From a virus (Duplodnaviria > Caudoviricetes), in the IMG/VR virus record IMGVR_UViG_3300021164_001199, positions 30,063-94,062 of that record: DNA of 64,000 nucleotides; one strand, 5' to 3'. Under the pieces are notes generated by a model. The model had not been told where the DNA came from. It ran no database searches and was given only the letters and a program-made list of their open reading frames with translations. Position numbers and translations under genes: made by a program. Every line of letters begins with the position of its first letter. The first letter of the stretch is position 1. Below are positions 47,663 to 56,142 of this stretch, piece by piece.

Positions 47663-48967
47663 TTAATTTGATGTTATGTTACCTATTGTAATATTGTTAT
47701 TTCCATTTAAGTTATATGAATAAACGTAATCTAAACATTGTGTTTTAAATCTTAGAGTAAGTGTATTGTTACCTACAATAGTTGTATTTAAATTTGGTAA
47801 AGTACTGACAACAACTCCATTAATTAACCATTCAATATTCTGCACAGTGTTAATACAGTCTAATACTGGAAGACCTGCTAGTAGATTATTACAATTTAGA
47901 TTATAAGAAAATGGGAGTATTACAGGTAAAGGGCAAGGTTGTATATTATTAGGTAATCCAAACTCTAGCATGATTGCTGTTGCATAAAAGTTAGGAGTAA
48001 AAGTACATCCTGCACCTAATACATTTGGAAATCTAATACAATGTAAAAATGATGAAAACTTTTGTGCTATAAATATTCTACCATCAGGTGTAGCTTGCAT
48101 AGTTCCTATTAAATTACCTATTCCTGGAATAATGGTATAAGATAAACTGTTTGTACATACATCAAACTGCTGTATTTTATTAGTAGCATTAAAACTTAAG
48201 TATAATAATTTACCATTAGGAGAAAACTCACAAGAATATGGCCCAGGTTCAGCACTTAATAAAACTTGATTAGATACTAGACCTGTAGCATTATTAAAAT
48301 TATAAACACAAAAAGTACCTTGAGCATAATTAGCCATAGCTAATCTGTCTCTCAAAGGTGAACTTCTTAATGCTCCAATTTCTCCAGTAACATTAGTTCC
48401 AGCATTACTTGTAGTCCATGTCGTTAAGCCAAATGATGTTAGTTTAACAGCTCTGAATGTACTATTATTCATTTCATGAGTAATAATCCACTTATCTATA
48501 TTATTAGCAGCCATACACATAGTCATTCTTTCACTAGTATTAGGAGCTATAATTATATTTTTTACAATTACATCACCTAGCCCTGAATTTAAAGCCATGT
48601 TTACTATAGAATAGGAATGTAATCCGCCACCACCTTGTTGAGGTACTGTAAATACATAATAGAAAACGGAGCTTCCTGGTTGTGCTGTTATTATAACTGA
48701 TTGAGCAGAACTAATACCACCATTTAATCCAAAACCATTAGTCATTTGAACATGATTTCTATTCCATACTCTAACACCATCACTATACATTAATAGTTGC
48801 CCTGTGTTATCACTAATAGTAGCACAACCTTCTGTTGCTGTAATTTGAGATATGGGTTGATTAGTTGGGCCTGGAAATCTAATATGATTATTTCTGCTAA
48901 TAACCCAATTGTTAAATTCTTGAGCATTAGCAGAAATAGTTAATAGTATTAAAATTAGTGTTCTCAT
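47663..48967 (-). CDS. Secreted beta-propeller protein resembling the N-terminal domain of Bacteroidota T9SS cargo proteins
   Basis: Signal peptide ending ANA-Q. EGCATISD..GQLL.YSDG..VWNRNH..M.NG.GL.G..SS.QS, EFSPNGKLLY, PDGRI, GLPN. Confidence 0.75.
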   Translation of the reverse strand: MRTLILILLTISANAQEFNNWVISRNNHIRFPGPTNQPISQITATEGCATISDNTGQLLMYSDGVRVWNRNHVQMTNGFGLNGGISSAQSVIITAQPGSSVFYYVFTVPQQGGGGLHSYSIVNMALNSGLGDVIVKNIIIAPNTSERMTMCMAANNIDKWIITHEMNNSTFRAVKLTSFGLTTWTTSNAGTNVTGEIGALRSSPLRDRLAMANYAQGTFCVYNFNNATGLVSNQVLLSAEPGPYSCEFSPNGKLLYLSFNATNKIQQFDVCTNSLSYTIIPGIGNLIGTMQATPDGRIFIAQKFSSFLHCIRFPNVLGAGCTFTPNFYATAIMLEFGLPNNIQPCPLPVILPFSYNLNCNNLLAGLPVLDCINTVQNIEWLINGVVVSTLPNLNTTIVGNNTLTLRFKTQCLDYVYSYNLNGNNNITIGNITSN

Positions 48968-49212
48968 ATCAATTTACCATATTTGGATACACCATCTAAT
49001 TTTTGTTGTTCTACAATATTAAATTTTACTATAGGATTAACAGCAATTCTAGCTTCCATATTATCAAAGATTTCTGAAGCTCTGTTAATAAACTCTACAT
49101 CATCAGGATGAAGTTGAATATCTGTAATTTCTGTAGCATCTACAAGATATGTAATCATCCACTGATTATATTCTGCTTTATATAGTTTTCCTACTATTAT
49201 ATCTTCATTCAT
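48964..49212 (-). CDS. Hypothetical protein
   Basis: ORF with overlapping start/stop coupling. Confidence 0.6.
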   Translation of the reverse strand: MNEDIIVGKLYKAEYNQWMITYLVDATEITDIQLHPDDVEFINRASEIFDNMEARIAVNPIVKFNIVEQQKLDGVSKYGKLI

Positions 49213-49472
49213 ACTAAAAATATTTTAAGTGTTCTGCCACCATCTTGATAATCTAACTCTATGTTAGTAAAATGACCAAGTTCTTTATACATAGTAAGTA
49301 TTCTACCTATTGGTTTATCATTAGTAGCATGATTAATTACTTCTAATCTAGTTACTTTAGCATCTTTATCATTATTCATTTTATCAATTACTTGATCTGA
49401 ATGTGATGAATTTACTTCTTTCTGTAAATCACTCCATTCTTCTTTTGTCATATTACTTTTTAAGTTTCCCAT
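49209..49472 (-). CDS. Hypothetical protein
   Basis: VTRLEVINH...QDGGRTLKIF; coupled ORF. Confidence 0.6.
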   Translation of the reverse strand: MGNLKSNMTKEEWSDLQKEVNSSHSDQVIDKMNNDKDAKVTRLEVINHATNDKPIGRILTMYKELGHFTNIELDYQDGGRTLKIFLV

Positions 49473-49473
49473 A

Positions 49474-49710
49474 TTATTTTATATTAGTTAAAGGATAAGC
49501 ATTTAATATTGATTCTTTATCAATTTCATAATCATTAGTATTTCTAATGTGTATTGTATCGGCATTTTCACTTGCTGCTTTTAAAGCTGCTTCTACATGA
49601 AGTTTAGCAAATTGTATCATATTACTATGAATAGATTCAATACTAAAAGGTTTTCCTCTTAAAAATTCTTCTGCTGTTTGTTTCACACTATTTCTTTTTA
49701 AATTATTCAA
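49474..49710 (-). CDS. Hypothetical small phage protein
   Basis: FAKLHVEAALKAA...IDKESILNAYPL. Confidence 0.6.
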   Translation of the reverse strand: MNNLKRNSVKQTAEEFLRGKPFSIESIHSNMIQFAKLHVEAALKAASENADTIHIRNTNDYEIDKESILNAYPLTNIK

Positions 49711-49894
49711 AGTTAGTTAGTTTAAAATAACCTATTATATAAGCTAATAATACTGAAAAACTCCAGAATCCATATTGAGATGATTTACCAATTAAAATAA
49801 TGCACACTAGTAATCCTAAACAAAAAGGATAATATTTTAAAAATATACTTTTCATATTATTTCTTTTTAAATCGTTCAAAGTTATACATAGCAT
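49703..49894 (-). CDS. Small membrane protein (probable start at the internal MKSIF)
   Basis: Two hydrophobic segments. Confidence 0.5.
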   Translation of the reverse strand: MLCITLNDLKRNNMKSIFLKYYPFCLGLLVCIILIGKSSQYGFWSFSVLLAYIIGYFKLTNFE

Positions 49895-50129
49895 GAAGTT
49901 TGTTTTCTGACATTAGATTAAAAGGTACACCCATAAGTTCACTAATATAATGGTAAGTATTAAAAGCAAATTCAATCATATCTTCCTCACTATACATTTT
50001 TTCTGCTTGCCATTTAGCACCTTCAATAAAAGCTTCTTGTAGTGCATACTGAATAGTAACACCTTCAACAAATATTTCTTCATTAAAATGTTTAGCAGCA
50101 GCTTTTTCAAGTGTTTCTTTCATAACCAT
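49857..50129 (-). CDS. Hypothetical small phage protein
   Basis: KETLEKAA...AFIEGAKWQAEKMYSEED. Confidence 0.6.
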   Translation of the reverse strand: MVMKETLEKAAAKHFNEEIFVEGVTIQYALQEAFIEGAKWQAEKMYSEEDMIEFAFNTYHYISELMGVPFNLMSENKLHAMYNFERFKKK

Positions 50130-50485
50130 TCTTTATCTTTTAAGTATTGTAAAAATGTTTGTAAAAAATGAATATCTCCACTACCCATTTCAGGCAATTC
50201 TTTCCATGAATCAGGATTATTATTTAATATACCTCTTAACCAATTATTATTGTCCCAATGTTCTACTTTCCAATCTTTTCGATTTTCAAATCGTTTATCA
50301 GTGGCTTCAATAGTAAGACCATCATAGGGTGTACCATCATCTTTAAATATAATAGTTGCATCAAAGCAAAAATCACTATTTTCTACAGAGTATCCTTCAT
50401 AATGAGTAGGATCTAATATAATATTTTCTTTTTGTATGCTATCTTCTCTAACATACCATTTACCATTAATCTCTATTCTGTCCAT
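50120..50485 (-). CDS. Hypothetical protein
   Basis: Coupled 121-aa ORF. Confidence 0.6.
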   Translation of the reverse strand: MDRIEINGKWYVREDSIQKENIILDPTHYEGYSVENSDFCFDATIIFKDDGTPYDGLTIEATDKRFENRKDWKVEHWDNNNWLRGILNNNPDSWKELPEMGSGDIHFLQTFLQYLKDKEWL

Positions 50486-50723
50486 AAGTTTCGTTGTAGT
50501 ATTGTTCTGCTGTTAAATCTGTATCATCATGGAATAAAAAATCATTTGCAAATTTTATCATATTCTGCTTTTCCATTGCTTTGGCTTGTTCAAATGCTAA
50601 TTTACTTTGAGTATTGTAATCTTCAATTGATGTATAAATTTTATTTGATAATTGCTTTTGTAACCACTCTACTGCTGTGACTTGTTTATTATTTTCCATA
50701 GGTTTCTTTATAATATTGTTCAA
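50466..50723 (-). CDS. Small TAVEWL-family protein (paralog 1)
   Basis: TAVEWL..QL...EQAKAMEKQ...EQYYNETYG. Confidence 0.6.
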   Translation of the reverse strand: MNNIIKKPMENNKQVTAVEWLQKQLSNKIYTSIEDYNTQSKLAFEQAKAMEKQNMIKFANDFLFHDDTDLTAEQYYNETYGQNRD

Positions 50724-50892
50724 AATTAATTCTTTTTAATGTTGAAGGATAAAAATAAATAGCAGTTTGTTGATGTTGCTGCTTTTCCATATCTATAGCT
50801 TGCTCAATTTTATCCATAATTGCCATTTTACCTGATAATGGTAATTGCTCAACTAACCATTGTACTGCTGTTTTATTTTTCATAGCTCTCAA
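50689..50892 (-). CDS. Small TAVEWL-family protein (paralog 2)
   Basis: TAVQWL..QL...EQAIDMEKQ...EQYYKETYG. Confidence 0.6.
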   Translation of the reverse strand: MRAMKNKTAVQWLVEQLPLSGKMAIMDKIEQAIDMEKQQHQQTAIYFYPSTLKRINFEQYYKETYGK

Positions 50893-51109
50893 TTTCTTGT
50901 TTTACTTCTTGATAATAGTCAATAATTTTCTGATTCTGCCATTTATGCTCTTCTAAAGCAATAATAATTTCATCTACAGCTTTTAAAGCACATATTACTC
51001 CTTCTTTATATCTTGAAGTAGTACTATTAAGTCCTGTTTGACTACCATTATTAGGTAAAATACAATAAAATGTGTTTATTAGACTTTCTGCTTTTTCTTT
51101 TGGTGTCAT
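50873..51109 (-). CDS. Hypothetical small phage protein
   Basis: MTPKEKAESL...CAL.AVDEII...YYQEVKQEIE. Confidence 0.6.
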   Translation of the reverse strand: MTPKEKAESLINTFYCILPNNGSQTGLNSTTSRYKEGVICALKAVDEIIIALEEHKWQNQKIIDYYQEVKQEIESYEK

Positions 51110-51110
51110 A

Positions 51111-51944
51111 TTAGAATATGTATCTTATTGTTTCTAAATCAAAGAATTTAGAATAGATTTTTTTAAATTCCTCTAATAGTGCTGTTTTATGCACTAATGG
51201 GTATCTCATTACTCCTGATGCATTCTTAACTTCAGAACTATATTTCATAATCTCTCTAGCTTCATCAGTAGTTTTAGCCATTTGATTAGGATGATTAGTT
51301 AAAGCTATAACTTCACACTTATTTTCACCTGCTACAACTTTTACTAAACTAAATAACTCTCTGTAAGCTTCTTGCCAATCAGTATAAAAGATTAATGGAC
51401 TAAAGTTAATATGTACTTCCCAACCTAAATCTTTTAATCTATTGATATCATTTACTCTATTAGTTATCTTTTGCATGCCAGGTTCTAGTATATTAGAATA
51501 CCTTTGTGGCATTAGACTAACTCTAACTCTAGGTTTTTTGTTAAAATGATTAACATCTAGCTTTAATAATCCTGGATATTTAGTAGCCATAGTACTATTT
51601 AGTCTAGGATGATCATCATATCTTTTAAGATAATCTAATAATGATTCAGGCATATGTTTTTGCATAAGAACTAAATCACTATTACAAGCTATATCTACCA
51701 TAGTATATACAGGATCTTGTTGATCTGGTACTTTAGTATATAATTTCTCCCACTCTACAACAGAATTAAATATATCATCTACATTAGTATTAATATATAC
51801 TCTAGTGCCATTATACCTAGACATATAGCAGTATGTATTAACACAACCACCAAAACATCCGTATATAACATTAGGTGCTATACAATTAGCACTATTATCA
51901 TTGTCTTTAGTTACAAGAGTTTTAGTTTTTTGTATTTTAATCAT
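51111..51944 (-). CDS. Spore photoproduct lyase-like radical SAM protein
   Basis: IAPN..YGCFGGCVNTYCYM.R, DIACNSD, ATKY, VRVSLMPQ, GWEVHINFSP. Confidence 0.8.
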   Translation of the reverse strand: MIKIQKTKTLVTKDNDNSANCIAPNVIYGCFGGCVNTYCYMSRYNGTRVYINTNVDDIFNSVVEWEKLYTKVPDQQDPVYTMVDIACNSDLVLMQKHMPESLLDYLKRYDDHPRLNSTMATKYPGLLKLDVNHFNKKPRVRVSLMPQRYSNILEPGMQKITNRVNDINRLKDLGWEVHINFSPLIFYTDWQEAYRELFSLVKVVAGENKCEVIALTNHPNQMAKTTDEAREIMKYSSEVKNASGVMRYPLVHKTALLEEFKKIYSKFFDLETIRYIF

Positions 51945-52327
51945 TCTTGTTTTCTATATTTATTTACAATTTGAAATACTTTATGAGCTTCTGTTTCTGC
52001 CCATGTTATAATTTCTTCTTCATCAGTATGCAAATCAAAAGATTGATGCAATAATTCATGCATTATTAATGCAAAGGTTTCTATATCACTATTACATCTA
52101 TTAAGATTTATGAATACAAATTTAGGATCTACATCTTTATAATCTTTATCAGATTTAGGTACATAGTTACATAAACCTGCAATATAAGCATCTTGTGATG
52201 TATTATTATAATTTTCACAATCTGCAAGGTTTAACCCATGCATTTCTGTGACTTTATAATATGTAAATACATCACAAGGATTGTAACTTAATATTAAAGT
52301 ATACAATGTAAATTTAAATACTACCAT
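51941..52327 (-). CDS. Small zincin-like (HExxH) protein with a hydrophobic N-terminus
   Basis: LIMHELLH...EEE; three Cys. Confidence 0.55.
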   Translation of the reverse strand: MVVFKFTLYTLILSYNPCDVFTYYKVTEMHGLNLADCENYNNTSQDAYIAGLCNYVPKSDKDYKDVDPKFVFINLNRCNSDIETFALIMHELLHQSFDLHTDEEEIITWAETEAHKVFQIVNKYRKQE

Positions 52328-52343
52328 AGTTTTAGTTATTAAG

Positions 52344-52393
52344 TGTGTTATATAACTAACAATAACATATAGTTTTGCTAGTTATATGACACA
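52344..52393. repeat. Near-perfect 19-bp inverted repeat (hairpin)
   Basis: TGTGTTATATAACTAACAA ... TTGCTAGTTATATGACACA, with 17 of 19 pairs Watson-Crick. Confidence 0.7.
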
Positions 52394-52398
52394 TTAAG

Positions 52399-52507
52399 TG
52401 GTCAGGACAAGATTTGAACTTGTATAGTTACCTCCTTTATTCACGTACGGTTGGGAGGATTACTGAATTCGTGATACTACTACTGGCACCAATTCTGCCA
52501 CCTGACT
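52399..52507 (-). tRNA. tRNA-like element with an enlarged central region and no assignable anticodon
   Basis: Minus strand: AGTCAGG-TGGCAGAATTGGTGCCA ... ACAAG-TTCAAAT-CTTGT-CCTGACCA. Acceptor stem, D-like arm and T arm are present; about 109 nt. Confidence 0.55.
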
Positions 52508-52525
52508 ATTTGTTCCTTATTCTCT

Positions 52526-52674
52526 TACCCTTTTATATCAGAACTAACCTGCTTATCTTTAAATACGAGTTTACATTACTCCAGTAAGTTCAATGATACG
52601 CAAACTACATTGACTATTTACTCCCACTTGTTGCGATTAGGGTTCTGGTTTCATAACTTCAAGGGTACAGGTTA
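52526..52674 (-). ncRNA. Candidate structured non-coding RNA
   Basis: No convincing ORF; higher GC than the flanks. Three long-range helices: TACCCTT/AAGGGTA, CAGAAC/GTTCTG, TAACCTG/CAGGTTA. Confidence 0.4.
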
Positions 52675-52679
52675 TTTTA

Positions 52680-52859
52680 TTATTTTAGTATAAATCTATA
52701 TATCTCAAATATAGATATAATGAAAACAAATAATCCACACATTTTAATTATAGATGAGATTATGAATTGTTTTTTTGAATCTTCAAAACCATCTATGGTT
52801 GCTAAAAAATAGCTAAATCCCATTATTAGTGTTAAAATATAAAATATAATTTTTATCAT
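52680..52859 (-). CDS. Small 2-TM membrane protein (59 aa); not in the ORF track
   Basis: MIKIIFYILTLIMGFSYFLA...CGLFVFIISIFEIYRFILK. Confidence 0.55.
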   Translation of the reverse strand: MIKIIFYILTLIMGFSYFLATIDGFEDSKKQFIISSIIKMCGLFVFIISIFEIYRFILK

Positions 52860-52871
52860 AGTTTTTAAGTA

Positions 52872-53324
52872 TTAACTCCACCAGTATTCACTGTATTGTA
52901 AAAGTAATTTATGATATAATTCAAAATCTCTTTTTTCAATAGCTCTAGCATTAGATTTACATTTGTAATAATTTTTTTCATCAGATGATATTCTATAATC
53001 TGGAGATAATTGATAACCTAAATCAACTTTAATAAAAATTAATTTTTGATCTATATAGTCACTAAATAACCCAAAATAGAAATCATTTTTCCTACGTTTA
53101 AGTATAGTAATACAAATTTTAAGAGCTTTTAAAGATTGTGTTCTATCATTATTAAAATCAGACATTACATGAGACTTTAATAAGCTTTTATACATTCTCT
53201 TTAACTTAAAGAGCATAAGTTTCTCATAAAAACTGTAATCCCAATCTCTATCTTTATATATTAATGGAGCGTATTGAATTATGTTTTTTAAACCTTTGTA
53301 GATTATTTTAAAATAAGTTAGCAT
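52872..53324 (-). CDS. Hypothetical protein
   Basis: IYKDRDWDY...KLKRM...YWWS. Confidence 0.65.
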   Translation of the reverse strand: MLTYFKIIYKGLKNIIQYAPLIYKDRDWDYSFYEKLMLFKLKRMYKSLLKSHVMSDFNNDRTQSLKALKICITILKRRKNDFYFGLFSDYIDQKLIFIKVDLGYQLSPDYRISSDEKNYYKCKSNARAIEKRDFELYHKLLLQYSEYWWS

Positions 53325-53343
53325 AGTTAGTTAAAATTTGATT

Positions 53344-53372
53344 AAAAGGGGTTGCCCATTACAGACAACCCC
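53344..53372 (-). terminator. Rho-independent terminator
   Basis: GGGGTTG/CAACCCC stem plus TTTT after the VWA gene. Confidence 0.7.
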
Positions 53373-53378
53373 GTAAAA

Positions 53379-54797
53379 TTATAAATTATCTGGATACATA
53401 TTTAAATTTCCATTATAATCAACAAAGACATATTTACCACCATTCTGCAAGCAAAGTTCTTTTAATTCTTCATTTGATCCATCAATAAGTGATATAGCAT
53501 TTGTTTTATAAGGGAAATTTTCTGTTTTTACACTATCCTGACCATCATTAATAGCTAGAATTTCTGGCATTTCTTTAGACAAATCAATATCAAGATTACA
53601 TAGTCTATTACAATTATTAATCTCATAATCAATATGATTTACCATATCACCAAGAAAAGTGTCACCACCATTAGGTTCTGTAGAAAAAGTTGACCAAAAA
53701 TCTATAGCTGTTTTTCTATCATAGATATGAGTAAAATGAAGTGTTTCTGTTTTTCTAACAAAATAACTAAAGAATATCTCAGCTTCTTCTTTGATAGCAT
53801 ATCTCAAACGATCTACCAATATTGCTACAACCATTTGTTGTTTATTAGTATCACCCATACTACCAGAATAGTCTAATAGAATAATGATCTTTTGCTTATG
53901 TTCTGTTCTATCAATTGGAGTATTAATAACCAATGATTTAGTTAGAAGTTTAGCATCAAATGTTGGCATTAATCTTTGATACAAGTCTGCCTGATGCACT
54001 TGAGAATAATCTCTCATGATCTTTTTAGAATTGATTCTAGAATTTACAACTATCTTTTCTTCTATTTCCTTTTCAATCTTGAATTCAGAACCTAGATTTT
54101 TAATCATAGACATAAATTTAATAATGTCAAGTTTATAATCTTTACTAAATTCATGCATGTCAAGTAACTCATTTACAATAGGATCCTTATATAGTTCTTC
54201 ATGAAATTGAACACCATTTTTATCAATTTTTTCAATTGTTTCTAGTGTTGTCAATTCTTCAGGATTTGAAGAGTTTGCTATTAGTTCCTTAAACACACTT
54301 AAAGCTTGTTCTAATGGAGTAAAACCAGGAATATACTTATCCCATAGCTCATCATAGATTTGCTTCTTACGTGATAGCTCATCAATTTCACTTTCAGAAA
54401 GATTAGCTTCATCTTTATATTTCTCATCAAAATAATCTTTATCATCAATCATTTTATGAAAAAAGAATCTAGCATATTCCTTAATTACTTTACGATTTGC
54501 AGCAGTGTTATTATGAGTAGCAATCTTAGTACGTATATCAGAGTCTTTTGGTGTAAAATAACTATCATGATTTTTTATGTATAAATCATTGTCATTATCT
54601 TCTGTAAATGTTGTACCACCAAAGTTACCCCAATTCCAAGAGGAACCACTTCCGTAACTAGTTCTATATCCTGAATTTCCATAAGAGGAGCCACCTCCCC
54701 AACCATAATCATTACCGTACCAATCATTGGTATAGGATTTAGTGGAGGAATTACCTCCACTATACCCGCTAAAATATTTACCCATTAGTGTCTTCAA
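53379..54797 (-). CDS. VWA domain protein (ViaA-like) with a G/S/Y/W-rich N-terminus
   Basis: MIDAS LLDYSGSM, PNGGDT, INDG. Confidence 0.8.
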   Translation of the reverse strand: MKTLMGKYFSGYSGGNSSTKSYTNDWYGNDYGWGGGSSYGNSGYRTSYGSGSSWNWGNFGGTTFTEDNDNDLYIKNHDSYFTPKDSDIRTKIATHNNTAANRKVIKEYARFFFHKMIDDKDYFDEKYKDEANLSESEIDELSRKKQIYDELWDKYIPGFTPLEQALSVFKELIANSSNPEELTTLETIEKIDKNGVQFHEELYKDPIVNELLDMHEFSKDYKLDIIKFMSMIKNLGSEFKIEKEIEEKIVVNSRINSKKIMRDYSQVHQADLYQRLMPTFDAKLLTKSLVINTPIDRTEHKQKIIILLDYSGSMGDTNKQQMVVAILVDRLRYAIKEEAEIFFSYFVRKTETLHFTHIYDRKTAIDFWSTFSTEPNGGDTFLGDMVNHIDYEINNCNRLCNLDIDLSKEMPEILAINDGQDSVKTENFPYKTNAISLIDGSNEELKELCLQNGGKYVFVDYNGNLNMYPDNL

Positions 54798-55851
54798 TTG
54801 AAATTAATAAATCAAGTTTCTTTTTGTTAGTTTCATATACAGCAGTAAATGCTTTAACAGCATCACTAGTAGTTTGTACAAGAGTATCATCAGCTTTAAT
54901 TGCTTTAAGCTTGGTGATAGTAGAATACATTGATTTGTTAATTGCCATTGCAGTCTTAACATCTTGAAGAGTTGTTAATTCAGCAACATCAAAGTTATTT
55001 TTGATTTCAGTAAGCTTTGCAATAAGCTCATTAATCTCATAAATACTTTTAAATTTAGCAATTGATGTCTTTAAGATATCTGGTTTACCAGAAAAATCTG
55101 CAACATAATTCAATGACTCAGGACCACATTGTGCAATAATCTTTGCAGCTTTAATTGCAATTCTTGGAGAGATCACACTGTTGGCAACAGCATATTGCTC
55201 TAGAATATACGTAAGCAAAGGATCTGCAAAACCTAGTTTAGTTTGCAATAAATTCTCATAAGTAATACGGTTATGATTATCCCACTTTACTTCTAGTTCT
55301 AATGGAAAACGTTCCATTAAAGCTTTCAATGAATTATTCTTAGCAAACTCCTCACGAGTCTTGTTAGTACAACAAACAATTACTTTTGTTTTAATATCAA
55401 CTATCTGAGTACCATTACGGAATGTACCAGATGATAATATATCTTTCAATTGCTCAAGAATAAAATCAGGAGCATCAAATAATTCCTCAAAAATCACATA
55501 TTCATGATTCATGAAGCTATTATCTACAAGGTATTCTATCTTACCAGACTGGTTAAATTTAGGTAAATCTAAACCACCAAATAATCTATCTGTGGTCATA
55601 CCTGTACCCATAGTAATTACATAGGGATCAATACCCATTTCACGTAAGTATTCAATAGTAAATTCTGATTTACCATATCCACCCTTACCATAGAGTATTA
55701 CATTTTCTTCTGTATTTAATGCAATATTGAGAACTTTCCCAACATTATCCATATATACAAATCCTGATGTTGCATTATTTATATGCAAGTTTACATTTTG
55801 AGTTTCAACTTTGTTTTCAACAATTGGTTGCTTTTTTGTTAATGTTGCCAT
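54778..55851 (-). CDS. MoxR/RavA-like AAA+ ATPase
   Basis: LYGKGGYGKS, LFGG, IFEELFDA, CTN, ALMERF, ISPR. Confidence 0.85.
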   Translation of the reverse strand: MATLTKKQPIVENKVETQNVNLHINNATSGFVYMDNVGKVLNIALNTEENVILYGKGGYGKSEFTIEYLREMGIDPYVITMGTGMTTDRLFGGLDLPKFNQSGKIEYLVDNSFMNHEYVIFEELFDAPDFILEQLKDILSSGTFRNGTQIVDIKTKVIVCCTNKTREEFAKNNSLKALMERFPLELEVKWDNHNRITYENLLQTKLGFADPLLTYILEQYAVANSVISPRIAIKAAKIIAQCGPESLNYVADFSGKPDILKTSIAKFKSIYEINELIAKLTEIKNNFDVAELTTLQDVKTAMAINKSMYSTITKLKAIKADDTLVQTTSDAVKAFTAVYETNKKKLDLLISIEDTNG

Positions 55852-55941
55852 TATTTTGTTTTTTAAGTTTAAGATTTAAATTACTTTGAGATTTACAATT
55901 TATTCCAACAAAAATTTATTTATACAAGTACTTTGTTAAGA

Positions 55942-56142
55942 TCACTTATTTTTAAATACTATTTTAGAATATACTTCTTGGGTATCCACAACGGCACCAT
56001 TTTTCATATAGTCTATAGCTTTTTCTTCTGATATTTCAGTAATAATATTTACATATTCATCTCTTTGAATACTATAATAATGTTCTTCGCATTTACCATC
56101 AAATAATAATATTGAGTAAATTACTGTTACAACTTTTAGCAT
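55942..56142 (-). CDS. Hypothetical protein
   Basis: 66-aa ORF overlapping the helicase end. Confidence 0.5.
   Translation of the reverse strand: MLKVVTVIYSILLFDGKCEEHYYSIQRDEYVNIITEISEEKAIDYMKNGAVVDTQEVYSKIVFKNK

Noticed and set aside
52526-52674. SAM-I riboswitch (ATGAAACC and GATAAG-like words)
   Set aside because: The 5' TTATC strand of P1 and the kink-turn/P2 consensus are missing. Kept only as an unclassified RNA candidate.
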